Shown: positions 1 to 10,017, numbered from the stretch's first letter. The stretch: DNA of 64,000 nucleotides from an uncultured Candidatus Saccharibacteria bacterium (GCA_964643955.1 CAZXUO010000003.1:19865-83864), one strand, 5' to 3'. Made by a program: numbers and translations. The notes: a model not told the origin generated them from the letters alone.

Positions 1-748
1 GTATCGGTACGAACTTGAGTTCCGCAAAGAGGCAATTGTGCCATTTTATCGTCGAATGCTTGACGCTGCGCTTCAGTACGAGCATATATCAAAAACAGAA
101 TTCCTTAACGACGATGGTCTCCTCGAATACCTCGAGAGTGAGGAATTTTTGCAGATGTTTGACTACATTTCCAAGAATACATCGTTTGTGATCTGGGTTG
201 ATAGCGAGGGGCGCTTAGGAGCTATGGAATATTCAATGCGTCTCGTGCCACCTGATACGGCGATTCAGCTCAAAGACAAGCAAGCTGTTGCGACAATACG
301 ACTTATGTTATCTGAACTCAATGAAGAAATTCTTATTGAAGCACCACAGAATGCGAAGTCATTCACTGAGCTTTCAGAAGAGATAGATGCAAATCAATCA
401 AGTGCGCGTAGTAAAGGTGCTGCGGCGTCTGTCAAAGCCAATCTGAATAATGCACGCGCGCAGGCGAGTCTCGTGTATAACGAGACTAAGAGCTACGGTG
501 CTGCGGCATTTACGCTTGGGGCATGCGTAAAGAAACCAGGTACTCTTTTTGAAGATGATGGACTATTTAAGATGATTGATGCTGCTTCCGAGGTAGCAGG
601 AGGCGTGCCGCTTATGTGCGCGTCTACCAGGACTGCGTATGCGATTTCTGCTCCGCTACCGGGTTCTGATGGCTATAGTTGGTGCGTCGATAGTACCGGT
701 GCTTCGCAACAAATCCTCGGAGTGCTTAAAGGGACCTCGTGTCGCTAG
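1..748 (+). CDS. Partial (5'-truncated) exported protein: LppX/LolA-like region fused to a C-terminal type IV pilin-like globular head
   Basis: Frame is open from the window edge. C-terminus ARSKGAAASVKANLNNARAQA...YAISAPL...WCVDSTG resembles Parcubacteria pilin heads. Confidence 0.55.
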   Translation, partial: YRYELEFRKEAIVPFYRRMLDAALQYEHISKTEFLNDDGLLEYLESEEFLQMFDYISKNTSFVIWVDSEGRLGAMEYSMRLVPPDTAIQLKDKQAVATIRLMLSELNEEILIEAPQNAKSFTELSEEIDANQSSARSKGAAASVKANLNNARAQASLVYNETKSYGAAAFTLGACVKKPGTLFEDDGLFKMIDAASEVAGGVPLMCASTRTAYAISAPLPGSDGYSWCVDSTGASQQILGVLKGTSCR

Positions 749-783
749 TGCCTGAGTGATTCTATATTTGCTATGCTGTCGGT

Positions 784-1578
784 ATGCAGGATTCTGATAC
801 TGTGTCGCCGACGCTGCTCGTGATATTTAGGAGCTGTTCAGTGGTCGCTTCGTACCATGGACAGAAGCGGTTTCTTGATGTGCCAAAATCCGAGCTCTTG
901 CTCGGATGCTTTCGCTCGCTCGTTACTTCAATTGCGTATGCGCGTGAAAAAACGACGTGGAATATTACGCTTGCGCTCATTGATGATCACTCAGATGAGG
1001 CTGTGGTGAAAGAATTGCAACAGATCGCGCGCGCAAGCGGAACCACGTTTTCATTTGAAGCGCTAACCGAAACAACGGGGAATGGCGCGTCGCTTGCAGC
1101 GTGCTACGCGTATGCTGACACTGCAAGCGCAGACCTGCTCTACTTTGTCGAGGATGATTATTTGCATAGTGAGGGCGCACTTATTGAGATGCTTGAGGCG
1201 TACCAATATATGCGCATGCGTTTGGGCCAGGAGGTGGTCGTGCATCCGTATGATTCGCCCGATCGCTACGCAGCGCCGTACCTGTCGTTTATTTTTTCGT
1301 CGAGTGAGCGCTACTGGCGCACGGTGCGGCATACGACTGGTACTTTTTTAGTATCGAAAGATATTTTTACGAAGTACCGCGCAAAATACACTGATTTCTC
1401 AACTGAAGGCGAGCGTGGAATTATTGAAGACGGGACGATCAATACTATATATGAGGAAGTTCCATGTGTTGCTCCAATGCCGTCGCTTGCTGTGCATATG
1501 GAAAGTCCTGCTCATATTCCACCGTTTGTCCCGTGGAGGATGTGGTGGGAGCGTGCTGTCGAGAAAAAGGGTGAGTAG
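784..1578 (+). CDS. GT-A fold (GT2-like) glycosyltransferase
   Basis: IDDHS and YFVEDDYLH motifs. Confidence 0.7.
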   Translation: MQDSDTVSPTLLVIFRSCSVVASYHGQKRFLDVPKSELLLGCFRSLVTSIAYAREKTTWNITLALIDDHSDEAVVKELQQIARASGTTFSFEALTETTGNGASLAACYAYADTASADLLYFVEDDYLHSEGALIEMLEAYQYMRMRLGQEVVVHPYDSPDRYAAPYLSFIFSSSERYWRTVRHTTGTFLVSKDIFTKYRAKYTDFSTEGERGIIEDGTINTIYEEVPCVAPMPSLAVHMESPAHIPPFVPWRMWWERAVEKKGE

Positions 1579-1613
1579 CACCCATGCAGCCGTGCTAGGA
1601 TAATGATACCTAT

Positions 1614-2174
1614 ATGAGTACTCCGACAAAGGTACTTCTCTGGAGTAGTAATCTCTGGCAGCTCGGCGCCGGTATGCTCGGCCCGCTCTTTGCTGTTTTT
1701 GCAGAGGAAGTCGGTGGGAATATTCTTGATATTTCGTGGGTATGGGCGGTGTATCTCATCGTGACGGGCATAGGTATCGTCCTCGTGGGGAGGATGGGTG
1801 ATGCGCGCGGACATTTTCCGCTCATGATGCTCGGCTACGGCCTCTCTTCTCTCGCAACATTTGCGTACCTGCTTGTTGATTCGCCACTTGATCTGATGGT
1901 GGTACAGATTGTCCAAGGTGTCGCGCTTGCGCTTTCGCAGCCGACGTGGCTTGCACTCTACGATCGCTTTTCGGGAGACGGTTCGCGCGATGGGTATTCG
2001 TGGGGACTTTCTTCAGGAGAGGGTTATATCTTCTCAGGACTCGCCATCATTGCAGGAGGTTCTATCGTGTATTATTCTTCGTTTGAAATACTGTTTATAG
2101 TGATGGGTACGATACTTGCACTTGCGACAGCATACCAAGCGCTCCTCGGGCGGTATCTCACAAAAAATATATGA
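1614..2174 (+). CDS. Half-size (about 6 TM) MFS transporter
   Basis: MFS motif A GRMGDARG; hydrophobic; only 186 aa. Confidence 0.75.
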   Translation: MSTPTKVLLWSSNLWQLGAGMLGPLFAVFAEEVGGNILDISWVWAVYLIVTGIGIVLVGRMGDARGHFPLMMLGYGLSSLATFAYLLVDSPLDLMVVQIVQGVALALSQPTWLALYDRFSGDGSRDGYSWGLSSGEGYIFSGLAIIAGGSIVYYSSFEILFIVMGTILALATAYQALLGRYLTKNI

Positions 2175-2641
2175 GCGTCAAAACACTTCTCTTTTTATAT
2201 AAACCGAGTGAAAAAAAGATTCTGCTTGCGATGAAAAAGCGTGGGTTTGGTGAAGGCAAGTGGAATGGCGTCGGCGGGAAAGTAGAGGTGGGCGAGAGTA
2301 TTGAAGAGGCAGTTGCGCGTGAAGCGCTCGAGGAAATCGGCGTGGTCGTCGATCCTGACGTGCTCAAGAAGAAAGGTGTCATTCACTTTTCGTTTGAAGA
2401 CAAGCCCGAGTTTACGCAGGATGTACATGTATATTTTGCAACGCGCTGGGAAGAGGAGCCGACCGAGAGCGAAGAGATGAAGCCTGAGTGGTATGACATC
2501 GACGAGATTCCGTATAGCTCGATGTGGATTGATGATCAGTATTGGCTCCCGATGGTCCTCGACGGAGATACCATCACGGCGCATTTTCATTTTAATAACG
2601 CGGGTACGGAGGTGCTCGATATGGAGATCAATAAGGACTAG
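2171..2641 (+). CDS. Nudix hydrolase, 8-oxo-dGTP diphosphatase (MTH1-like)
   Basis: KKRGFGEGKWNGVGGKVEVGESIEEAVAREALEEIG Nudix box; MWIDDQYW. Confidence 0.9.
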   Translation: MSVKTLLFLYKPSEKKILLAMKKRGFGEGKWNGVGGKVEVGESIEEAVAREALEEIGVVVDPDVLKKKGVIHFSFEDKPEFTQDVHVYFATRWEEEPTESEEMKPEWYDIDEIPYSSMWIDDQYWLPMVLDGDTITAHFHFNNAGTEVLDMEINKD

Positions 2642-2649
2642 TCATATTT

Positions 2650-3264
2650 ATGCGTCATACCTTTACGCGTGCGGAGAAATGGATCGGTCTTCTCACGTTT
2701 GCATATCTTTTTGCCGCAGGCGCATATTTCGCACGTGATTTCAATCTTGAATTCGTTATCTACGTCGGTGTCATTGTGGCAATTCTCGGTTTCATATTTG
2801 CGACGCTCGCCGTCACGCGTTTCCCTGCATACCTGCTCGCACTCGTGAGTATCTGGGGACTCATGCATGTGCTCGGCGGTGGATTGCCGGTGGATGGTGG
2901 CGTACTTTTCGGATGGCGCATCTATCCGTTCCTCGATTACGGCGGAGAGTTTTATGTATTGAAATACGATCAGGTCGTGCACTTCTATCTGTATGGCGTG
3001 GTCGCGCTCATGTTTCATCATCTTCTGCGCACCATTTTCATGGTCCGTGGGCAGACATTGCTTGTTGCGATTGTGGCGATTATGGCGTCGCTCGGCGTGA
3101 GCGCGATGAATGAGATTATGGAGTTTCTCATTGCTGTGACGGTGGAGCGCAATGGTGTTGGTGGGTATGAAAATGCGATGCTTGATCTCATTTTCAATTT
3201 CTCAGGTGCACTACTTGCGGTGGCGGCGTATGAGGTCGCGCAGAAATTGAAAAGCCGGCGATAA
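2650..3264 (+). CDS. DUF2238/YjdF-like membrane protein
   Basis: Multi-TM; HVLGG, YDQVVHF, NEIMEF, DL motifs. Confidence 0.65.
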   Translation: MRHTFTRAEKWIGLLTFAYLFAAGAYFARDFNLEFVIYVGVIVAILGFIFATLAVTRFPAYLLALVSIWGLMHVLGGGLPVDGGVLFGWRIYPFLDYGGEFYVLKYDQVVHFYLYGVVALMFHHLLRTIFMVRGQTLLVAIVAIMASLGVSAMNEIMEFLIAVTVERNGVGGYENAMLDLIFNFSGALLAVAAYEVAQKLKSRR

Positions 3265-3283
3265 TATACTACGATAGCGGCAC

Positions 3284-3356
3284 GCCACCGTAGCTCAGTT
3301 GGTAGAGCATTGCATTCGTAACGCAAAGGTCCGCAGTTCGATCCTGCGCGGTGGCT
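3284..3356 (+). tRNA. tRNA-Thr(CGT)
   Basis: GCCACCG/CGGTGGC acceptor stem; TAGCTCAGTTGGTAGAGC D-arm; loop TTCGTAA; GTTCGATC T-loop. Confidence 0.93.
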
Positions 3357-3363
3357 CAAACTT

Positions 3364-3624
3364 ATGAATCCCGAATCACTAGGACAAACACCCGAACATG
3401 ATGTGCTCAGCATCAGTCCTGATGAATTTCGTGCGATGGCTTTGCGTGATCGTGAAGGCACTCGTCTTTTGGTACGCCACGCGTTACTGCGCATCAGCAA
3501 CATTCTTGATGAGATGCCCCAACGTTTTTCAGAAGCAACAGCGGCAGAAATGCAGGCGACACGGGCAGACCTTAAGTCTCGAGCGGATGAACTTGCCGCG
3601 CTTGCTCGCACGTTGGAGCATTAG
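3364..3624 (+). CDS. Small helical hypothetical protein
   Basis: 86-aa ORF filling the space between two tRNAs. Confidence 0.5.
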   Translation: MNPESLGQTPEHDVLSISPDEFRAMALRDREGTRLLVRHALLRISNILDEMPQRFSEATAAEMQATRADLKSRADELAALARTLEH

Positions 3625-3647
3625 AAGTTTTTTGCTATGCTAGCCGA

Positions 3648-3775
3648 GTCGCACACTTTCCTTCGCCACCGCTTGTGAGAGTTGTGTGATGCCCGTCGCA
3701 GAAATGTTCATTCACCCTCAGGGCCCTACCCTTGGGGCGAGCCGTACTCCACATTTTCTGCGACGGGCCCCTTTT
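3648..3775 (+). ncRNA. Candidate structured RNA (two hairpins) upstream of tRNA-Thr(GGT)
   Basis: TGCTATGCT -10 at about 3633-3641; stem GTCGCACACTTTC/GAGAGTTGTGTGAT; about 17-bp stem GCCCGTCGCAGAAATGT/ACATTTTCTGCGACGGGC. Confidence 0.35.
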
Positions 3776-3851
3776 GCCAATGTAGCTCAGTCGGTAGAGC
3801 ACGTCCATGGTAAGGACGAGGTCGTCGGTTCAATCCCGACCATTGGCTCCA
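3776..3851 (+). tRNA. tRNA-Thr(GGT), CCA encoded
   Basis: GCCAATG/CATTGGC acceptor; anticodon arm CGTCC-ATGGTAA-GGACG; GGTTCAATCC. Confidence 0.95.
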
Positions 3852-3941
3852 TTAATTTGTACACAGGTGTGCAAATTCTCTGGTGTGTGTAACGTATGAT
3901 TGGTGTAATTGGTAGGGTTTTAATATCTTATTTTTAATTAC

Positions 3942-5375
3942 ATGCGTACGTTCAAAGTCGCACTTTTATTTGTAGGTTTATTTCTTTTCGTTTCGCCGGT
4001 ATTCGCACAAAGTAGCACAACACAGGCACAGATTGATGCGCTTCTCGCGCAAATCCGTGTCCTCCAAGAACGACTTGCGCAGATGCAAGGAAGTATGTCC
4101 TTAAAAGGATGTGTTGATCTTTCATATAATCTCTATGCTGATCGCACTGACGCGCAGACAGGCGGAGAGGTCTCGAAACTTCAAATGTTTCTCGCGCAAA
4201 CACCGCATATCTATCCATCTGGTCTTATCACAGGATATTTTGGTCCAGCCACTGAAGTAGCGGTACAAAAATGGCAGGCAGCTGCGGGTATTGTTTCGTC
4301 CGGTTCTCCAGAGACGACGGGGTATGGATATGTTGGTCCGAAGACTCGCTCGCTGATGTCGTGCGGTTCACCTATACCACAGACTATTCCTCCAGTAGTA
4401 ACCACACCTCCTATAGTAGTGTCGGAATCCTGTACCATTACCGCGAGCAAGACGAGCGTAGGGGTCGGAGAATCATATACGATCTCATGGACCACTCGAA
4501 ACATTGATGATCCCGTCATGTACGAGGAGGTCAAAGCTGGTGGTACTGTGGAAATAAATAAGCGGGGCTCGAAAGAATTTACGACGCCGTATGTTGGCAC
4601 CGATACGTATCAAATCGGCGCAGGTGGACTCAGTGCACCATATAGACCTCTTTGTTCGGTGTCGGTAACTGCTTCGGATGACGCAGTCGCAGAGATCGGC
4701 GAGGTGGATATTTCCGACAGCCGGGCACTTGAGGGAGAGATTGTGGAGTTTGAGTGGAGTATAAAAAATCCTGCTGGATCAGTGAAAATTGTCTTGAGAG
4801 AGTATGGGCGTGCTGACATTCCTGTGTATAGGGGAAGTGCGCAAGAGAGGGGACAATATAATTGGTCTGCCACACTTCCGTCAGGTAGATCAGTCTTTGG
4901 AGGCAGTGCGTATCTTGAGCTGTATAACGAAATGGGTCAAAAGATTGAGGAAGAACATATCTCTGCTCTTGCTATAAACAAGTCTTCTGATGGTCGTGAT
5001 CCTGACGTTACGGTTATTAGCCCAGACAGCGACCTGTCTGTTGGAAGAGGAGGTCAATTTTACATCAAGTGGAAGACGGATGATGTGGATCCGATGGATT
5101 ACATAGGATTCTCTCTTGTCGGCAGTGGCGGTGAGTATCCTGCAGGAGGTGGGTACTATGCAATTAATGGTACGACAGATTATGGAACAGTACAGCAAAA
5201 TGTACCAGACGGTTCTTATCGTGTGCGCGTATACGCATATCAAATAAGTTGTATGCCGCCAGAGTACGCACAAAGGTCATATGAAGAGAAAAGTGATTTC
5301 TCTCGGATGACAATGTGTCAAGATAGTCAGTATGGGTACGGTGATAGTGAAGGAATGATCACCGTTTCTCAGTAA
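3942..5375 (+). CDS. Secreted surface protein with peptidoglycan-binding domain and Ig-like repeats
   Basis: Signal peptide, coiled coil, GGEVSKLQMFL...TGYFGPATEVAVQKWQ...GYVGPKTR. Confidence 0.8.
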   Translation: MRTFKVALLFVGLFLFVSPVFAQSSTTQAQIDALLAQIRVLQERLAQMQGSMSLKGCVDLSYNLYADRTDAQTGGEVSKLQMFLAQTPHIYPSGLITGYFGPATEVAVQKWQAAAGIVSSGSPETTGYGYVGPKTRSLMSCGSPIPQTIPPVVTTPPIVVSESCTITASKTSVGVGESYTISWTTRNIDDPVMYEEVKAGGTVEINKRGSKEFTTPYVGTDTYQIGAGGLSAPYRPLCSVSVTASDDAVAEIGEVDISDSRALEGEIVEFEWSIKNPAGSVKIVLREYGRADIPVYRGSAQERGQYNWSATLPSGRSVFGGSAYLELYNEMGQKIEEEHISALAINKSSDGRDPDVTVISPDSDLSVGRGGQFYIKWKTDDVDPMDYIGFSLVGSGGEYPAGGGYYAINGTTDYGTVQQNVPDGSYRVRVYAYQISCMPPEYAQRSYEEKSDFSRMTMCQDSQYGYGDSEGMITVSQ

Positions 5376-5382
5376 TACTCCG

Positions 5383-5421
5383 TAAACACACCTCTCGCGC
5401 TATGCGCGAGAGGTGTGTTTA
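5383..5421. terminator. 18-bp stem hairpin, intrinsic terminator
   Basis: TAAACACACCTCTCGCGC-TAT-GCGCGAGAGGTGTGTTTA followed by TTTTT. Confidence 0.8.
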
Positions 5422-5441
5422 TTTTTGCTATACTGCTCTCC

Positions 5442-6320
5442 ATGAAGCCGGAAGACGTACAGAAACGTGTAGCGGAAATTGAGGCGGCAATGCTTGCGCC
5501 GGATTTTTGGAATGATTCTCGAAAAGCACAAGCACTCATTAAAGAGCTTCAAGAACTCAAGGAGCAAGCTGCTGGAAAAGGAAAATATGATCGCAACAAC
5601 GCGATTGTGACTATTGTGGCCGGCGCCGGTGGCGATGATGCCGAAGATTTTGCGCGCATGCTCGTGGAGATGTATCAGCGGTACGCTGAGGGGCGCAACT
5701 GGAGCGTCGGCATACTTGATGAAAATAGGAATGATCACAATGGGTATCGAAACATCGTACTAGAGATTGCAGGGAAGAATGCGTACGGGACATTGAAGCG
5801 TGAGTCGGGTGTGCATCGCCTCGTGCGCATGTCGCCATTTAATGCGTCGGGCAAACGGCAAACATCGTTTGTATTGGTCGAAGTGTCGCCAAAATTTGAA
5901 TCGCAAGAGGCTGCGGTTTTGAATGAAGATGATCTTGAGGTGTCATTTGCACGCTCGGGTGGCGCGGGCGGCCAAAATGTAAACAAACGTGAGACAGCGG
6001 TACGTATCGTACACAAGCCGACCAATATTTCTGTGAATGTTTCCTCTGAACGGAGCCAACAGCAGAATAAAGAGCGCGCGCTCGCGCTCATCGCGGGCAA
6101 GCTCTATGCTTTCGAGGAGGCGCAGCGCGCGCGTGAACAGCAGGGTCTTGCCGTGGAAAAGAGCGTAAAAATCGAATGGGGAAGCCAAATACGTTCGTAT
6201 GTCCTCCACCCATATCAGCTTGTAAAAGATCATCGTACCGACGTCGAGGTCCGTGATACGGATCGGGTGCTCGGAGGAGATATTTCGATGTTCCTCGACG
6301 CAGAAGCGCAGGTGGAGTAA
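5442..6320 (+). CDS. prfB: Peptide chain release factor 2, shortened, no programmed frameshift
   Basis: SPF motif, GGQ motif, WGSQIRSYV; ATG at 5442. Confidence 0.93.
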   Translation: MKPEDVQKRVAEIEAAMLAPDFWNDSRKAQALIKELQELKEQAAGKGKYDRNNAIVTIVAGAGGDDAEDFARMLVEMYQRYAEGRNWSVGILDENRNDHNGYRNIVLEIAGKNAYGTLKRESGVHRLVRMSPFNASGKRQTSFVLVEVSPKFESQEAAVLNEDDLEVSFARSGGAGGQNVNKRETAVRIVHKPTNISVNVSSERSQQQNKERALALIAGKLYAFEEAQRAREQQGLAVEKSVKIEWGSQIRSYVLHPYQLVKDHRTDVEVRDTDRVLGGDISMFLDAEAQVE

Positions 6321-6349
6321 AATAGTCAGGTTACAAGGTGTGCACGTTT

Positions 6350-7033
6350 ATGATCTATTTCGACAACGTATCAAAGGTATACAACAATAGAGGATCCGTG
6401 GCACTTGAAGATGTCACGTTCCAAGTTGCACCGGGTGAATTTGTCTCCATTGTCGGTCATTCAGGAGCGGGAAAGACGACGCTCATAAAGATGCTTATCG
6501 TTGAAGATCGTCCGACGTCCGGCACGGTCTTTTTTGAGTCGCTCGATGTGCACAGTATTCCGCACGGTCGTCTTCCACAGTATCGTCGCAAGATTGGTAC
6601 GGTCTTTCAGGATTTCAAACTGCTCCCGCACAAGACGGCGTATGAAAATATCGCATTTGCCATGGAGGCAAATGGTCGCACAGAAGAGGAGATTATAGAA
6701 AATGTGCCGCAGGCACTTGAGCTCGTCGATCTTGCCGACAAGATGGATAATTTCCCCGGAGAGCTCTCAGGTGGCGAGAAGCAGCGGGTCGCCATCGCGC
6801 GCGCGATCGTCAATCAGCCCGAGCTCATCATCGCCGACGAGCCGACCGGCAACCTTGATCCGATCGCAACGTACGAGGTGGTGCAGATTTTGAAGAAGAT
6901 CAATGATCTCGGCACGACTGTCATTATGACGACGCACAATAAAGGGGTGATTGACGCACTCGGACGCCGCGTGATCACGATGGATGGAGGTCGAATTGTT
7001 CGCGATGACAATGAGGGCCGGTACGTGCTTTAA
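6350..7033 (+). CDS. ftsE: Cell division ATP-binding protein FtsE
   Basis: GHSGAGKTT, VFQDFKLL, LSGGEKQR, ADEPTGNLD; adjacent to ftsX. Confidence 0.92.
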   Translation: MIYFDNVSKVYNNRGSVALEDVTFQVAPGEFVSIVGHSGAGKTTLIKMLIVEDRPTSGTVFFESLDVHSIPHGRLPQYRRKIGTVFQDFKLLPHKTAYENIAFAMEANGRTEEEIIENVPQALELVDLADKMDNFPGELSGGEKQRVAIARAIVNQPELIIADEPTGNLDPIATYEVVQILKKINDLGTTVIMTTHNKGVIDALGRRVITMDGGRIVRDDNEGRYVL

Positions 7034-7987
7034 TTGAACAGATATATGTGGACCACATTCAAACGAATAGTGCGGGGAGGCGTGATTAATTTTTGGCGCA
7101 ATGCGTTTGTTTCTTTTGCTTCTGTTCTCGTGATGACCATTGCGCTCTTTATGGTCGCAACGACGATGTTCAATAACCACTCGCTTGAAGCAGCGCTCGG
7201 AGAGCTTCAAGAAAAAGTTGATATCAATATTTATTTCCTCACGACAGCTCCCGAGGAGCGTATTATGGCGCTGAAGGGCGAGCTTGAGAGTTTCCCGGAG
7301 GTTGCTGAAGTGACATACACGTCGCGAGAACAGGCACTTGAAAATTTTAAAGCGCGTCACATCGACGATGAGCTCACGATTCAGGCGCTCAATGAGCTCG
7401 GTGACAACCCGCTTGGAGCAGTGCTCTCGGTTCGCGCTCGCGAGACCTCACAGTACGAGGGCATTGCCACTTACCTCGAGGAGCAGCGTGCTGCAGCTTC
7501 CGCTGAAACCGCGGTGATTGATCGTGTAAATTATTTCCAAAACAAATCAGCGATCGAGCGACTCACCGAAATCATCAACGACACACGCGACAACAACACC
7601 ATGAAGACGATTTTCCTCGTCATCGTCGCGCTCATTGTCGCCTTCAATACTATCCGCCTTGCGATTCACAATTCTCGTGAAGAAATCGGTGTGATGCGAC
7701 TCGTTGGTGCGTCAAATACGTATATCAGCAGTCCATTTATCATTACGGGTATCATGCAGGGTCTCATTGCGGGCGTGCTCGTACTTATTTTGCTCTATCC
7801 TGCACTCATCTTTTACGAAGGTGCGTTCTATCCATTCCCATTCTTTGATGAAGTAGGGTACGACGGACTCCTGTTCAATCATTTTGTGAATGATTTTCCA
7901 AAGATCTTCTTTACGATCGTTGGTAGTGGCATTCTTATTGGTGCAGTTTCAAGTTTCCTCGCGGTACGGCGATATCTTCATATCTAA
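7034..7987 (+). CDS. ftsX: Cell division permease FtsX
   Basis: NTIRLAIHNSREEIGVMRLVGAS; 4 TM with an extracellular domain. Confidence 0.9.
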   Translation: MNRYMWTTFKRIVRGGVINFWRNAFVSFASVLVMTIALFMVATTMFNNHSLEAALGELQEKVDINIYFLTTAPEERIMALKGELESFPEVAEVTYTSREQALENFKARHIDDELTIQALNELGDNPLGAVLSVRARETSQYEGIATYLEEQRAAASAETAVIDRVNYFQNKSAIERLTEIINDTRDNNTMKTIFLVIVALIVAFNTIRLAIHNSREEIGVMRLVGASNTYISSPFIITGIMQGLIAGVLVLILLYPALIFYEGAFYPFPFFDEVGYDGLLFNHFVNDFPKIFFTIVGSGILIGAVSSFLAVRRYLHI

Positions 7988-7990
7988 CCT

Positions 7991-9673
7991 ATGGCGCGCG
8001 CACAACGAACGACACGGAGCACCAACAAACACAGGAAATACATCTTCATCGTCGGCGGTGTCATGTCGGGAGTCGGCAAAGGTATTGCCGCTTCTTCTAT
8101 TGCGCATATCCTTCAGGCGCGCGGGCTTGTCGTGACGGCGATGAAGATCGATCCGTATATCAACGTGGACGCAGGTACGATGAATCCGACCGAGCACGGA
8201 GAAGTGTTTGTGCTTAAGGATGGCCTCGAGACGGATCAGGACATGGGTAACTATGAGCGTTTTCTCAATATCGACATTCCGAGCGCCAACTACATGACGA
8301 CCGGCAGCGTGTACCAGGAAGTCATCCGTCGTGAACGCAACCTCGAGTACGGAGGCAAGAATGTGGAGGTAGTACCCGATATTCCGCTTGAAGTTATCCG
8401 TCGCATCACAAAGGCGGGCGAGCTCGCGAAGGCACATGTGGTGATCACCGAGATCGGCGGCACCGTCGGTGAGTATCAAAATATTCTTTTCCTCGAGGCG
8501 GTCCGTATGATGAAGAGTCGTGCGCCGCAGAGTGTCGCCACGGTGCTCGTGAGCTACTTGCCGGTGCCGGGTTCGATCGGTGAGATGAAAACCAAGCCGA
8601 CGCAGTATGCGGCGCGTACGCTCAATAGCGCGGGTGTTTTTGCAGATGTGATCATCGCGCGCGCACCTGTCGCGATTGATCAGAAACGAAAAGAAAAAAT
8701 TGCGACGTTCTGCAACGTATCACCGGAGCATGTGATTGCTGCGCCTGATGTTGCAAGTATCTACGATGTGCCGATTAATTTTGAAAAAGACAATCTCTCG
8801 AAAAAACTCTGCGATCTGCTTTCGATAAAGAAGTGTAAAGGTACGGCGGATCTTGCTCCGTGGAAATCGTTTGTTGCGAAGTCAAAGAATACAAAGGGAA
8901 GCGTGAAGATCGCCGTGGTAGGGAAGTATTTTGATTCAGGTGACTTCGTCCTCTCGGACGTGTATATCTCAGTACTTGAGGCCATCAAGTCTGCGGCGTA
9001 CCACGAAGGGGTGAAGCCTGAGATTGACTACCTCTCGTCGGTGAAATTTGAAAAAGGATTGATGCCACTCTCGACACTCGACCATTACGACGGGGTACTT
9101 ATTCCTGGCGGATTCGGTTCAACGGGTATTGAGGGAAAAATAAAAGTGATTGAGTATGTGCGAAAGAAAAAGATTCCATACTTCGGCATTTGCTACGGCA
9201 TGCAGCTTGCGGTCGTTGAGTATGCGCGCAATATGTTGGGACTGAAGGGAGCATCGACTGGTGAGATTGATCCGAAGTCAAAGTATCTCGTGGTGGATGT
9301 GATGCTCGAACAAAAAGAGAAGATCGCAAAGAATGAGATGGGAGGTACGATGCGACTCGGTGAATATCCCGCGCATCTTGCAAAAGGAAGTATCGCCCGC
9401 GCGGCGTACGGAAAGGATGTCATCATTGAGCGCCACCGTCATCGCTATGAGGTGAATCCCGAGTATGTCGAGCGCCTCCGCGCGGGCGGCGCCATTTTCT
9501 CAGGCACCTCTCCAGATGGTCGTCTCATGGAAATCATGGAGCTCCCAAAAGAAAAACACCCATTTTTTGTAGGTGTCCAGTTTCATCCAGAATTTCACGC
9601 GCGACCACTTGCTCCGCATCCGATCTTTCGAGCGTTCATAGAAGCGTCGAAGAAAAACAGGAAAGTTAAATAG
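7991..9673 (+). CDS. pyrG: CTP synthase
   Basis: GGVMSGVGKG, KIDPYINVDAGTMNPTEHGE, GICYGMQ, QFHPE. Confidence 0.98.
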   Translation: MARAQRTTRSTNKHRKYIFIVGGVMSGVGKGIAASSIAHILQARGLVVTAMKIDPYINVDAGTMNPTEHGEVFVLKDGLETDQDMGNYERFLNIDIPSANYMTTGSVYQEVIRRERNLEYGGKNVEVVPDIPLEVIRRITKAGELAKAHVVITEIGGTVGEYQNILFLEAVRMMKSRAPQSVATVLVSYLPVPGSIGEMKTKPTQYAARTLNSAGVFADVIIARAPVAIDQKRKEKIATFCNVSPEHVIAAPDVASIYDVPINFEKDNLSKKLCDLLSIKKCKGTADLAPWKSFVAKSKNTKGSVKIAVVGKYFDSGDFVLSDVYISVLEAIKSAAYHEGVKPEIDYLSSVKFEKGLMPLSTLDHYDGVLIPGGFGSTGIEGKIKVIEYVRKKKIPYFGICYGMQLAVVEYARNMLGLKGASTGEIDPKSKYLVVDVMLEQKEKIAKNEMGGTMRLGEYPAHLAKGSIARAAYGKDVIIERHRHRYEVNPEYVERLRAGGAIFSGTSPDGRLMEIMELPKEKHPFFVGVQFHPEFHARPLAPHPIFRAFIEASKKNRKVK

Positions 9674-9677
9674 AAAA

Positions 9678-9703
9678 GGTCGCCGCGCGAACGCGCGGCG
9701 ACC
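9678..9703 (-). terminator. GC-rich hairpin terminator
   Basis: GGTCGCCGCGCG-AA-CGCGCGGCGACC, T-tract on the minus strand. Confidence 0.7.
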
Positions 9704-9713
9704 AAGGCGCCGG

Positions 9714-9899
9714 TCATGCCGGTGCTCGCTCCTGCTCGACGAGACGGGGACTGGTCGAGCTGGTCGACATTCCCGCGTCGTGTGCCGGCTTGAAGGCATG
9801 GTCCCCCATCAGGCGCGGGAGCGTGTCGTGCTCCTCGCTCGTCCGGCCGCAGATGGCGCCTGTCTTCGGGTCGCGGTGCTGGCAGAGCTGTCCTCTCAT
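9714..9899 (-). CDS. Small orphan Cys/His protein (61 aa)
   Basis: GGAG 6 nt before ATG; C..H...C..H..H pattern; own terminator. Confidence 0.45.
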   Translation of the reverse strand: MRGQLCQHRDPKTGAICGRTSEEHDTLPRLMGDHAFKPAHDAGMSTSSTSPRLVEQERAPA

Positions 9900-10017
9900 G
9901 GCACTCTCCATCATTCAGCTGGCGATAGTATGCCACATTTTCGCCAGCGCGCCATATGTTTGAGTGGAGCGCATTTTGATGTATTCTGAAGCCGTGGCAT
10001 TTTGCCATATATTTCAT

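Noticed and set aside
3018-3892. ORFs 3018-3611(-) and 3686-3892(+)
   Set aside because: They overlap tRNA genes; shadow frames
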